A stretch of DNA of 63,675 nucleotides, filler included, from Octopus bimaculoides (GCF_001194135.2; 4 parts of 3 records of this genome joined end to end with filler, not necessarily neighbours in it), one strand, 5' to 3'; shown: positions 50,099-63,580, counted from the first letter of the whole stretch. The notes: a model not told the origin generated them from the sequence alone. Numbers and translations are program-made.

Positions 50099-51344
50099 GG
50101 TTGACCTCACAACCATATGATCGTGGGTTCAATTACTGGGCAATGAATTTCTATCCTTGAGTGAGGCACTTCATTTCATGTCGCTCCAATCTACTCAGAG
50201 TACTTTTGGTTATCTCAACCCATTAAAAAGTTACCATTAAAAAATTGAGTTTGTGGCGACGAGAGATTGGATTAAAACTATTAAATCCTTTTGATTCAAT
50301 ACTTCAACATATTGTTGACGTTTGGCCTCCTCAATAGACATGATATTAAAAGCAATCAAGAATTCACAGGATATCGTCGGGACCCTTGTATCCCACTAGT
50401 ACCGTCAATTTTTTGGGACCCTTGTATCGCACTAGTACCGAAATTTCTAACTACAGTAACCCGACAGGTGAAAAATCCGTGAAGTAGAAACAGTACTATA
50501 CTGTATATTTTTTTGTTTTTATAATTTGTATATATTTTATTATAAATGCAAAGCACCACAATAGAGGAGTCGATGTAAGCTTAAATAACAAACCGCGATA
50601 TGGCAAGGGATTACTATTTAACTTATAACAACCGAAGAGGATGGATTTCTGCATAGTAACTTATTATTTAACCACTTAAAAATACACATACAACTGAATA
50701 TATCCCTTTAGTCTTTACTAGTTTGTCATTGGACTGTGGTCATGCTGGAGCATCACCTTAATAAAAATTTAGGATGCTTCGCGAATTTGCGTATCATCAT
50801 TCAGAAGTATGCTGTGTATGAGATATTTTTAAGAAGATATACGAGAAAATGTTGCTTCTAAAATACATTGATCCCAACATTTGATACACGGCTGTGACCC
50901 CCTTTCACAATCTTCAAAATTCTCAGCTTTGTATCTTTTATTTGTTTCATTCATTGGATGGTGGACATACTGGGGCACCACCTTGAAAGGTTTTAACTGA
51001 ACAAATCGCTCCCAATACTTATGTTTGTTTGTTTTTAAGTCTGGTACTCATTCTCTTGGTCTCTTTTGCTGGACCTTTAAGTTAGAGACCAAGTCATTTG
51101 TCAGCCCAGGGCTATAGTAAACGACACCTATCCAGGGTACCATGCAGTAGGACTGAACTTAAAACTACATGTTTGCAAAGCAAGCTTCTTATCCACATAG
51201 CCATGCATTTTTTTTTTTGCATGTACAAATATTTCTCTCAGTTTTTTTTTTTTTTCTTCCAGGTAACTAATCAACGAAAGATGGCAAAGAGACTTAGCAT
51301 CCTACTTAAAACTTCTCACCTTAAACTGCTTTCCTTCCAGTGAG

Positions 51345-51950
51345 TTTCTTTTACCAGTTCACTGGAGTGGCCATGGAACCATGATTAGCCCCCTTCTATA
51401 CCAATTTTTCTTGACTAATTTGCAGCACAAAATTTTTGTTCAGTTATATCAATGAAGGTATCACACCACTTCACTTCCATCTCAGACATTTCTATCAGTT
51501 TCTTAAACATTTCTGTTATCCACTCATGCATACATACCCACTTCTCCATTTCCATCTTTTACAAAACTTGATTCCACTTCCCCTCCCCCATTCCACTCGC
51601 AATAAATTTTACATCCCCATTCACTCTCTGTTACCTCTCCAAGAAGGACCAAGTCCTTCCAATGTGCTTCTTTTACCCTGCGAAGGAGTACTCACAAACT
51701 GCTGTGAACTCAGCCCACCACCAAATTAAGGCTATCAGCTGCCCTTATGCTCTACACCCATCCACCTACACTTCTTCTACCACTGTACCTGCCTGCTTCC
51801 ATCTTTTCCAGTCCAACCTTGCTACTGCTTCCTCTTTCTCTGAGCCTTCATTTCCTCTCCTTCAATCGTGACAAAAGTCTACGTATTCTGGTCAAGAACT
51901 CTATCACACCCAATCTGGAGCCTTCCCTTGCACCTACAATTGACACAGTA
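51345..51950 (+). pseudogene. Degraded Penelope-like reverse transcriptase
   Basis: TGVAM; TSISDISISFLNISV; SIFYKT; HPST...LFQSNLATASSFSEP; LSFNRDKSLRILV. These resemble PLE RT motifs in order. Confidence 0.65.
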
Positions 51951-51962
51951 TTTGTCCCTTAG

Positions 51963-52182
51963 CCCTTGCATTACTGTATTTATTTTGAGATGCTCTGTGT
52001 TTCTTTCAATTACTTTAAATATAAGAAAGAATTTAGTAAAATTAATTAATTATCATTCAACTAGTGTTAGGAACATAAATTGTGACTAAGGCATGGTGGA
52101 AGATTTTAAATGAAAACTTATGAAAGCAAGACATTTGTACTCAGAGCCAGAGCCGGTTTCAGCCAGGTTGGTAACGAAAGGG
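51963..52182. mobile_element. TTAA-specific (piggyBac-like) MITE
   Basis: TTAG|CCCTT...GTAACGAAAGGG|TTAA; second copy near 8475-8695. Confidence 0.65.
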
Positions 52183-52416
52183 TTAACTCCAAATCCCTAT
52201 TTCTAAGTAGCACCAAGTCCAGTGTTAAAGTTTCCAACATTTTGACAGCACCTGCTAATTTAATATACAAAATGAGATGATTAGGTATAGCTGTTTGGAT
52301 ACTGGTGATTTGACATAATCGACTGGACTTTGACACTGCTTTTTGGCACTGGAGGCAAACACACACACATACACATGAAAGTATAAGAATATACACATAC
52401 AGATAGAGAGTGAGAT

Positions 52417-52452
<36 letters not shown>

Positions 52453-53470
52453 CAATTTATTAACTGAACACAGTTGACATTAAAAAATTACCTCTCCTCA
52501 TACACATAGAGTAATGCGCTCACTCACACACATAAGCAGAGAGAGAAGCATTAAAACGTCTATGTCAAATAAATCAGCATTGAATCAGTAACACCAAATA
52601 AGCAGTGCCAAAACGTCTCATATCCTCTAATATATTATATTGTATGCTAATTGAATCCAGAAACATTTCTTTGATGATAATAATAACATCCCAAGCATTA
52701 CATAGGTAACAATGGCTTGTTTTCTATCTAGGATTCTCTACATATGAAAACTTACCTTTAATTTCTCCACCCAACTCATTCATTTTCTTTGTCACTTCTC
52801 AATACATTATTCACTTCTTTTATTTCATATGTCTATCTATGTCATCCTTTGAAGCTGCATGTTTGTCTATATTTGCTAATGGAATATCAAAATCAAAATG
52901 ATAATAAATTATTTATGAGTCCAGCATTCCCAATGAGTCTTATGCTTGTGCATTTATACATCTGTGTGTATATATTTGTAGGTCTGTGTGTTTATCGCAA
53001 ATGTTTAACATGTATATGCATAAATTTTTATATTACTATATTTATTTAATGTGTACATATAAGGGAACAAACTGGCAGAATCCTTAGTGCATCAAACAAA
53101 GATACATAGTGACATTTATTCTGACCCCTTATGTTCTGAGTTCAAAATCCCACCAAGGTCAGTTTGAATGAGTGTGTGTGTGTGTGTGTGTATAGATTGG
53201 GTAGAGGGAAAGAACTTTGATGACACCTGATACTGCAAGGGGAAAATTTTCCATCAACTGAGATTAATATAAATGTTTAACTTCCATAACATGTGTTCAG
53301 TGTTCTTTTGTTTTATTTATACATTTCTCTCTTTTTATTTATCAGTGTGTGTACATGTGTATATATATAGATGAGTTCAGCAAAAATTTAGATTCAGATG
53401 AATGTGGTACTTAAGTTGAGGCACCAGAATTTAGTATGGTATTATCCATACAATTTCAAAGTAAGGTGAT

Positions 53471-53834
53471 TAAAATCAAAATAAGCAACAAGGGTATCCA
53501 GAGGTAATGCAGTATGATCGTTTCATGCAACTCCATTTAATTGAACAATGCAATCGTTACATCAATTTAAAATGCAGAGCAATCCTCAGTTGCACAAAGA
53601 CATGCTGGAGTGAAGGCAACATGTTCTTTGTCTATCTCCTTAACTTCTTGGAGATTTTAGGTAAAATTATACTAATGTGTCCATCTGTTCTAATTTAATT
53701 AAATTCTATGTCTTTGTGCAGCTGAGGATTGCTCTGCATTTTAAATTGATGTAATGATTGCATTGTTCAATTAAATGGAGTTGCATGAAATGATCATACT
53801 GCATTACCTCTGGATATCCTTGTTGCTTAGTTTG

Positions 53835-53838
<4 letters not shown>
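53471..53838. mobile_element. Foldback MITE with ~130-bp TIRs
   Basis: 53473-~53603 is the reverse complement of ~53708-53838 with only a few mismatches. Confidence 0.85.
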
Positions 53839-53899
<61 letters not shown>

Positions 53900-54319
53900 C
53901 ATCAGAGGTGACTCCAGGTCATCAGCATCTCTTGGGCTCATCACAGATTTTACATAAGACACATATATAAAAGAAGTTAAGAGACGTAATGCACACCCAG
54001 ACTTATATGTGCACTGATAATCTAACAATAAGACAGAAATATAGTTATTACGGAGATATACTTACATAGCAAGTGACCTGATCTGAGATCGTATGCTGAA
54101 ACAAAAACAATTGCAGCATGGAAGGTGTTTATAAGCCATTTAAAAACACACAAAAACCGTTAGATTCATTTCAACATTTAAATTTAATTTGTCAAAATAT
54201 TTTCGTTGCTTTGAGATTGTGACCTGTTCACTGAAAAAATTCTATGCTGCAGCATGACCTGTTTACTGACAAAATATTTTGACAAATTAAAGGGGGACAA
54301 ACACAGACAAAGATACAAA

Positions 54320-55240
54320 GGAACCTGTGGAAGAGGTAGACCCAGGAAGACATGGGATGAGGTGGTGAAGCATGACCTTCAAGCATTGGGCCTCACAGAG
54401 GCAATGACAGGAGACTGAGACCTTTGGAGATATGTTGTGATTAAGAAGACCCAGCAACTAAAGTGCGATCATCGCAGCCATGCATGTCCAGCCCAGTTAA
54501 GAGGACCTCTGATGCATCAGGCGATATGATATGCTTGAGAAGACCTGTTGAGTCAAGTAAAACCAATATCGTAGCTGTGGCTAGTGCCCCCTGACTAGCT
54601 CCCGTGCTGGTGGCATGTAAAAAGCACCATCCGAATGTGGTCGCTGCCAGGTCCACCTGACTGGCTCCCATGTTGATGGCACATAAAAAGCACCNNNNNN
54701 NNNNATCCGAATGTGGTCGCTGCCAGGTCCACCTGACTGGCTCCCATGTTGATGGCACATAAAAAGCACCATCTGAACATTGCTGATGTCTGTACCCCCT
54801 GACTGGCTCTCGTGCTGGTGGCACATAAAAAGCACCATCCGAATATGGCTAATGCCAGTACCCACTGACTGGCCCTCATGCTGGTGGCACGTAAAAAGCA
54901 CTATCCGAACATGGCCAATGCCAGTACCTCCTGACTGGCCGCCATACTGGTAGCATGTAAAAAGCACTATCCAAACGTGTCCAATGCCAGTACCCCATGA
55001 CTGGCCCCTGTGCCGGTGGCATGTAGAAAGCACTATCTGAACATGGTCGATGCCAGACCCACCTGACTGGCTCCTGTGCCAGTGGCACGTAAAAAGCTCT
55101 CACCACATTCTCAGAGTGGTTAGCTTTAGGAAGGGTATCCAGTTGTAGAAATATTGCAAGATCAGATTGGAGCCAGGTGCAACCACTGGCTCTCCAGACC
55201 TCAGTCAAACCGTCCAACTAGATGTTAAATGATGATGATA
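54320..55240 (+). mobile_element. 5'-truncated RTE LINE nested in a family-B SINE
   Basis: GTCGRGRPRKTWDEVVKHDLQALGLTEAMTGD*DLWRYVV, then a 3' UTR with a ~66-bp tandem array (54590-55100) and a GATGTTAAATGATGATG tail. Confidence 0.9.
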
Positions 55241-55897
55241 TATATACACACGACAGACTTTTCTCAGTTTCCATCTACCAAATCCACTCACATGGCTTTG
55301 GTCGGCCCAAGGCTATAGCAGAAGATACTTGCCTAAGGTGTCACACAGTATCATCTTGCAGTATTACTAGTTATTAGATACAGAGCAAATATTGGACAAA
55401 ATAGGTTAAACACAACAAGCAATTTATAACATTTGATTCCTACACAAGTTTCACCATTCTCACAATTTACATCTTCTGCAAGCAGTATTAATAGTGCATT
55501 TGGATGCTGATCCACAGCACTTCTTCAAGAGAATACTTTATTACATTAACACTCATAGAAGAAAATGCTTATAGTGGAATAGAAGACAAGAATCTTTTAT
55601 AAGTATGTTGAGACAAATGAGAGAGAAAAAAGAGTGTAGAAAAGAGAGGAGAGAAGAAAAGGAATAAAAGAAAACAGAGGGAAAAGAAAGAGAAACAATA
55701 TAGAAAAGGAGTGTTGAGAACAATGGTCATGTGAGCTTTGGATATTAAGGTATCTATCCTGTAAAGTTATGAAACAGATATACACATCCAAGAATACAAA
55801 CAAATAAATGGGTCATGACCTTATATTTTGTGTGGAACATATTTAGACATAAACAACCAAAATAAATATACTTGTACATATACATAAACACACACAC

Positions 55898-55935
<38 letters not shown>

Positions 55936-56063
55936 GTCTCTCTACCTATCTATATATATATAATAAGGGTGATAAATTGGATATTAATTTAATTAACACC
56001 AATTTAAAACCAGTGGCCTAGCATAAAGAAAATTCTGAAAATTCAGAAAAATTATATCACATA

Positions 56064-56235
56064 CATGTGAGAAGGGATACCACTAAGTGGACATCCTTTA
56101 TGCTAGAAATCGACCATCAACGGTCAAACTACAAAAGAAAAGAATGTTCTCCAGGGAAATTCAGTGCACACCGACCGTTGATGGCCAATTTCTAGCGTAA
56201 AGGATGTCCACTTTGTGGTCATCCCTTCTCACATG
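56064..56235. mobile_element. TA-flanked MITE with ~63-bp TIRs
   Basis: TA|CATGTGAGAAGGGAT...ATCCCTTCTCACATG|TA. Confidence 0.8.
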
Positions 56236-56898
56236 TATCTATCTATCTATCTATCTATATATATATATATAGATAGATAGAGAGAGAGAGAGAAAGATTA
56301 CTAATAGGATAAAAGTATAACCAGGCAAAACAACTGGCATCAGTTTAAATTATGGCATTTGGCATTCATATCTTTAAAGATAATGGTTGAGTTGTTACAT
56401 GAGTATAGATCATAAGGAGGAAGTAAACAGGTGTGCATGTTTTAAGAAAAGGTGCACAGATGGTGCATCTTGTACAAAACAAGTGGTAGCTATCCATTTA
56501 TCAGTGATTCATTATATCATAGGAAGGAGAATGAGATATAGCAGTGATCTATTCCATTGTCAGAGGGAGAATGAGAGAGAAAACTTGGATTTGCAATTAT
56601 TGTGGAGTAGAGAGGAACGTTAAAAGGAGAAAAGGCAGAGAATATAAGGTCATTCTAAAATGTTTCTGGAGTTTGAAGAAGATATATAGAGCAGAATGAC
56701 CTGTGTTAATATGGGTAGGGAGAGGGGATGCCAGGTGGTCTGGTGTGAAGAAAGCTATATGAAAGTAGCAAGGGCTAGTTATCTAGATTGACTGTATATA
56801 TATANNNNNNNNNNNNNNNNNNNNNNNNNNNNNNNNNNNNNNNNNNNNNNNNNNNNNNNNNNNNNNNNNNNNNNNNNNNNNNNNNNNNNNNNNNNNNT

Positions 56899-58573
56899 TA
56901 CTTGTTTCAGTCATTTGACTGCGGCCATGCTGGGGCACTGCCTTTAGTCGAGCAAATCGACCCCAGGACTTATTTTTTGTAAGCCTAGTACTTATTCTAT
57001 CGGTCTCTTTTTGCCGAACCGCTAAGTTACGGGGACGTAAACACACCAGCATCGGTTGTCAAGCGATGTTGGGGGGACAAACACAGACACACAAACATAC
57101 ATACATATATATACGACAGGCTTCTTTCAGTTTCCGTCTACCAAATCCACTCACAAAGCTTTGGTCGGTCCGAGGCTATAGTAGAAGACACTTGCCCAAG
57201 GTGCCACGCAGTGGGACTGAACCCGGAACCATGTGGTTGGTGAGCAAGCTACTTATCACACAGCCACTCCTACGCCTATATATATGTGTGTGTGTGTGTG
57301 TATATATATAGTCACATCAACCCAAGGTAACATGGTGGTGGAACAATGTAGTTGACAGGACCATAAGGGAAAAGAAACAGGCGTGGAAGAGCGGTGGTAG
57401 CTCTTGACATTGATTGTCAAGTGATGGTGGCGGACAAACACAGACACAAAGGAACCATATATACAAATATGTGTATGTGTATATATATATATTGCGTATG
57501 TATATACATATGTATCTATGGATATAAGTACATGTATGTATTTATATATGGATATATATACACAACGGGCTTTTTTTCAGTTTCCATCTACCAAATCCAC
57601 TCACAAGGCTTTGGTGGGCCCAAAGATTATAGTGGGAAACACTTGCCTAAGGTACCATGCAATGGCAATAGTACTGAACCCAGAACCATGTGGTTGGGAA
57701 ACAAGCTTCTTACCTCACATCCATGCCTGCGCCATACAAACCATAACTGAAAATGTATGTCTGCATAATATATTCCACCCCCCCAAAAAACCCCATCGTT
57801 TTTTATGCATACTAAACTTGTGTATAAATATTTCTTAATTAAGTGCAGGTATGACCGAGTGGTTAAGGAACTTGTTTCCTAGCCATGTGTTATCAGGTTC
57901 AGTCCCACTATATGGCATCTTGGGGAAAAGTCTTTTACTTTTGCCCTAGGCTCACCAAAGCCTTGTGAGTGGATTTCATAAGTAGAAACTGAAAGAAGCC
58001 CAATCATGTGTGTGTGCATGCATGTGTGTGTGTGTGTGTATATGTATATTATGTGTTTGTATGTATTTGTGTTGTCTTTGTATGTGTTGTGTTTACATGT
58101 TATTTTTTTTTGTGTGTGTGCGTGTGTGCTGTTACCATAGTTGACAGGATACACATGTCTATCTACCTAAACAAGCTTCTGGACTACACATAGACAAAAC
58201 AGCATTTCCTGACAACCATTAATGATAAATTTATTTCCTGCCGAGAATCTCAGAGTGTCAAGGAAGAATAGAATATTGATAAGACATAGTTAAAAGTAAA
58301 AATAAACAGTTTCCTATTGAAATTGCACTACTTATTAGTTACACAGACACATATACACCGATCATATATACAGTAAGGCAAACAATACATCTATCTTTAT
58401 TATTCTTTTATTTGTTTCAATCATTTGACTATGGCCACGCTGGAGCACCACCTTTAGTCGAACAAATCGACCCCAGGACTTATTCTTTGAAAGTGTCTTT
58501 GGCTGAACTGCTAAGTTATGGGGACATAAACACGCCAACATTGGTTGTCAAGTGATAGTGGAGGAACAAACAG

Positions 58574-58605
<32 letters not shown>

Positions 58606-60830
58606 GATGGGCGTCTTTTAGTTTTTGTCTACCAAATCCACTCACAAGGCTTTGGTCGGCCTGACGCTATAGTAGAAGACACTTGCCCAAAGTGCCATGC
58701 AGTGGGACTGAACTCATGACAATGACTTCAAAGTTTTGGCCAGCTAAGCCATTTTCAGACTACCAGTACAGATTTATTATTCCTAAGCAAGAATCTTGTT
58801 GACAGTGACTTCAAAGTTTTGGCCAGCTAACCCATCATAGTGTGTGTGTGTGTCTGATAGCTAAACACACTGTACATATATAGACATGGTGCACACACAC
58901 ATGCAACATACAGGTACAATTACACAGCATACAAGATGAGGCAACGAGGAAGCTTTGAGTTGTTAGAAATAATAGTAATTATCTCTTCCCAATCATACTC
59001 TATCAACTTTAAGATAAGTTATATCTGGTTAGTCTGGAAAAGGTGGGATGATCACAGCTGGACTGTTTTTAATCATAAAGTTAATGAACAATCAATCAGA
59101 CACAGCACAGGTAATACAAACATCCAACATGTGCATCTATCTCTCCACACACATATATATATATTCTCTCTTTACTCTTTCACTTGTTTCAGTCTTTTGA
59201 CTGTGGCCATGCTGGAGCACCGCCTTTAGTCGAGCAAATCGACCCCAGGACTTGTTCTTTGTAAGCCTAGTACTTATTATATCGGTCTCTTTTGCTGAAC
59301 CACTAAGTTACAGGGACATAAACACACCAGCATCGGTTGTCAAGCGATGTTGGGGGGACAAACATACACACACACATATATATACATATATACGACAGGC
59401 TTCTTTCAGTTTCCATCTACCAAATCCACTCACAAGGCTTTGGTTGGCCCGAGGCTATAGCAGAAGACACCTTGCCCAAGATGCCTCGCAGTGGGACTGT
59501 ACCCGGGACCATGTGGTTGGTAAGCAAGCTACTTACCACACAGCCACTCCTATGCCTATTATATATATATATATATTTTGTTATTTTATCAATTTCAGCC
59601 AGAGGCTGTGTCTTGCTGGGGCACCATTATGAGCACTAACGCTTGCTTATTTTAGAGTCATTTCTCAACCCTATCTCCAGAATCATTGCTGGCAATGTAG
59701 TGAGGTGGACACAGCTGCCTTTGTTTACATTTCTTTCCATGATGTAGGTTCATCTGGTATATTAAATAAAAATTTATCTAATTGTTCTTTGAACATATCC
59801 ACAGTTACACTTCATGCTAAGGAATAAGTCTCTTGACCTACTAGATATAGCAACCAAATTCCATCAAATCCACAAGGGACATATATATACGAAATGCTAT
59901 TCTGTCATATATCATTTCTGTCTTATAAATATTTAATGAGCAAGAGACAGGTATAGAATTGTTTCTGTTGTTGCTGTATGTTAATAAATTCTGTTTTCTC
60001 AGTTTGTAATAAAATGTGTCACAGCTTGTTGAGCTTGTAAACTGCCCAGTTAGAATCTAAAGAATCAATGCAATAATAAAGAGCCTTCTACTAGAGGTGA
60101 ATACCTTTTTGATTACCAGAGATGTGTTGTATGTGCATAAGATCTTTTAGTTGTTTCTGTCATTGGGTTGTGACCATACTGGAGTGCTGCCTTGAAGGAT
60201 TTAATTGAACAGTACTTACTGTTTTATGCCTGTTTCTTATTCTAGTAGGCTTTCGCCAGTTTGCTAAGTGACAGGGATATAAACAGACCAACACCAGTTG
60301 TCAAATGGTGGTGAGGGAACACACAGAAACACAAAGACACTATGATATACATGATTGCTGTCCACTCATGACTCAGGAGGATCATTGTGCACTCAAGCAG
60401 CAATACCCATACAAGATGTCAGCAAAGCCTGTGCAAAATTTTAGGTCCAATAAGGCTTGCATGATATCTCAGAGACCCTCCCCAGCCTATTGACATGATC
60501 CAGACACAAGCCAACACAAGATATCTAGTACCAGTATGGGTTTCAGGCTCAGGAATGTGGGAATGGAATGATGTCAGGCACAAGCAAAAGATCTCCAAAA
60601 TGTCCAATGCCATTCCCTGCATATATATATANNNNNNNNNNTATATATATTCTTTTATTTGTTTTAGTCATTTGACTGCAGTCATGCTAGAGCACCAACT
60701 TAAAGTCGAAGAAATCGCCACCAGGACTTATTCTTTGTAAGCCTAGTACTTATTCTATTGATCTCTTTGCCAAATTGCTAAGTTACAGGGACATAAACAC
60801 ACCAGCATTGGTTGTCAAGCAATAGCAGTC
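56899..60830. mobile_element. Cluster of family-B SINEs (56899-57275, 57550-57740, 58400-58720, 59170-59555, 60120-60330, 60650-60830 on minus; 57845-58010 on plus)
   Basis: Repeated matches to the family-B consensus. Confidence 0.85.
59575..59830 (-). mobile_element. CR1/L2-group LINE 3' end
   Basis: VTVDMFKEQLDKFLFNIPDEPTS...AAVSTSL, a typical CR1-group ORF2 terminus, followed by a short 3' UTR. Confidence 0.65.
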
Positions 60831-61339
60831 GGAAAAAAACACACAGCTACAAAGGTAACCTTAGAACTAACTTCTTGGAGGACAAGGTCTAGAGAGCGGT
60901 TTCCACAGTGTACAAAATATGTACCTGGGAACAAATGTTTGAATTGCATTTGTACACCTGAAATGTTTCCACTCATGGTACTTGCACCATCAAATGAAAA
61001 ACAGCATAACTTTGAGCCAAGTGAAATGTTAAGGTGACAAAAAACATCTAGAAAAATCTTAGTCAGTGTCTCCAAAGAGCAGTCAGGGGGATTATAAAAA
61101 CCTAGAAAATCCTCATTGACATTCAGGCCTTCAGAAACGTACGGGACAGTGGTTGATACTTGTTCCTTGCCAGAGCAATTAGTGGTACCATCACATATAA
61201 TGCCAATAAATCTGGAATTTTCTACTTTTATTTTGATCTCATGTAAAATGTTATGAGCATATGCCTCTAAAATTTCATTTTGAATTGTATCAGAGAGGAA
61301 ATTGTTCCGACGCTTAAACCACTGACTTACTTCTGCACT
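60815..61339 (-). mobile_element. hAT transposase fragment (DUF4371 / ZMYM1-ZNF862-like catalytic region)
   Basis: Stop-free frame from the gap edge: FLSDTIQNEILE...FIGIICDGTTNCSGKEQVS...DFLGF...FSFDGASTMSGNISGVQ...YFVHCGNRSLDLVL. Truncated by a SINE on one side and by the scaffold end on the other. Confidence 0.9.
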
Positions 61340-61440
61340 GNNNNNNNNNNNNNNNNNNNNNNNNNNNNNNNNNNNNNNNNNNNNTTAATTAATTAANNNN
61401 NNNNNNNNNNNNNNNNNNNNNNNNNNNNNNNNNNNNNNNN

Positions 61441-61471
<31 letters not shown>

Positions 61472-61881
61472 TATATACATATATACGAACACCCATACAC
61501 ACTATTCAATTCCGTACCCACACCACACACCATGGTGCATACTCACATACATACACACATGCACTCACCACGCGCCTCTATGCATTCCTACGCAAGACAC
61601 AGTATTCGCTCCAAAAAGCACACACAACGGACACGCACACAACACGCACACACAACATGCATAAACACATACAACTTTCTCACATAATCATACGTAATAC
61701 GCATGCACACTATAGGGTCATACACACACGTACACGTACGCACACACACGCACACCGCTCGGACAAGCACACATTAACTGCTACACACACGCGTTTGGAT
61801 ACACGCACACACACACGATAGCCTCGCACACATACTTATACAAAGCCTCACACACACACATACACACGTCCATACGCACAT

Positions 61882-61913
<32 letters not shown>

Positions 61914-62099
61914 GCACACACACACACATGTGCACACACCACTAGAACAAGCACACATTAACTGCTACACAAAAGCGTTTGCTCACACGCGATAGCCTCG
62001 CACACTTACTATACACAGCCCCCCCCCNNNNNNNNNNNNNNNNNNNNNNNNNNNNNNNNNNNNNNNNNNNNNNNNNNNNNNNNNNNNNNNNNNNNNNNN

Positions 62100-62135
<36 letters not shown>

Positions 62136-62574
62136 ATATACGCTCCTATACGCACACACAGGCCCACATGATTTTAAGCTCGCCCACACATACATTCAGA
62201 CGCGCTCGCCCTCATTCACACATACATACTCACACACACCATTCTTACATACACACACCCGTTTGTGCACCCTAGTTCACCTAGGTCCCCGTTATTTTCT
62301 CCCTTTCACCCAGCCTCTTTCTTCCAGTCATTCCATCATGTTCAACCGTTAAACCCGACACATTTTTTTTCTCTCTCTCTCTGTCTGTTTTTTTTTTTTT
62401 CGAATCTGTTATCGCTCCATTTTTTCCCTCTCAACCCTTTTTGTCAAAGAGCGTAGGCTCGAAACGTCAAAGACTTTTACATTCTTCCTGAGCGTCAAAC
62501 TAATAAACCTGTCTTCATTTTACGTTTTTTTTTAAATTTTGAACCACACACACACTCACACACACGCACGCACA

Positions 62575-62832
62575 TTTATTAATATTTAGCAAAAGTAACA
62601 GAGTGACTCAAGATCCGAGAGTTTCGTACGTTGGCACTTACCAAACTATATTCCCCTCACAACAGGCAAACTATTTGAATTATCCACGTGACATTATTAT
62701 GATTTATTCTAGAACAATCCAGAGGGAAATATATTTACCAACAACTATGTAAACTCGCTACTTTGATAAGTGCTACCGCACGAAACTCTCGGACCTCGAG
62801 TCACTCTGTTGCTTCTGCTAAATATTGATAAA
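62575..62832. mobile_element. MITE with ~65-bp TIRs
   Basis: AATATTTAGCAAAAGTAACAGAGTGACTC... versus ...GAGTCACTCTGTTGCTTCTGCTAAATATT. Confidence 0.8.
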
Positions 62833-63167
62833 AATATACGGTAATTTCTCGCCTTATCGCGGTCCACCTATCGCGGTTTATTATTTAAGATTACGTCGAT
62901 TCCTCCGTGGTGTTGTTTTGCATTTATAATAAAATAAATATATACAAATTATAAAAATAATTAAAAAAAAATATACAGTACAGTACTGTTTCTACTTCGC
63001 GGATTTTCACCTATCGCGGGATTGGGTGTGTGTGTATGTGTATGTGTGGGGTGGAATGTAAACACCCGCGATAGATTTTTGAGTTCTGTTGTGCCTGCTT
63101 ATTTTTCCTGCTTATGTGTGTATATGTGTGTGCGTGTACGTGCGTATGTGTGTGTATGTGCATGTAA

Positions 63168-63203
<36 letters not shown>

Positions 63204-63522
63204 CTGGATAAATACTGCTAACCTGTGGCTAAAACGATGATGACGACGACGACGACGACAACCGAAAGCAGCCAATGAACTGCAAGCATATCAATATATT
63301 ACAATGCGATTGGTCAATTAAAAATGGAAAAGCCTTTTACTTTCGCTTTCCACCACCTTCCCGCTCTCTATTTCTCACCCTCTCTTTCTTTCTCTCTTCT
63401 CATCTTCTTTCTTTCTCTCCTCCTCCTCCTCCTCCTCTCTGAATTATTTAATTCTTTTTTCTTTCTTTTTCTTATATGTTTTTTTAACATGTCAAATACT
63501 AATAATTCTGATATTGATATTG

Positions 63523-63580
<58 letters not shown>

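Noticed and set aside
51263-51343. Strong acceptor TTTTTTCTTCCAG
   Set aside because: Immediate stop in the phase needed to follow 48918; no donor nearby.
52661-52705. 45-nt phase 2-2 candidate exon (NISLMIIITSQALH)
   Set aside because: Frame-compatible with 48918, but the polypyrimidine tract is weak and such a short open frame is easily due to chance.
52755-52855. Minus-strand AG...AAG|GTAAGT exon-like segment
   Set aside because: Stops in all three frames.
54628-54770. Two identical adjacent 66-bp units
   Set aside because: Separated by a 10-N gap; probably one unit counted twice.
62440-62480. GAGCGTAGGCTCGAAACGTC hammerhead half (stem II, GAAA, ACGU, C)
   Set aside because: The CUGANGA core is absent (TGTCAAA), so it cannot be called a ribozyme; at most a dead terminal-repeat relic.
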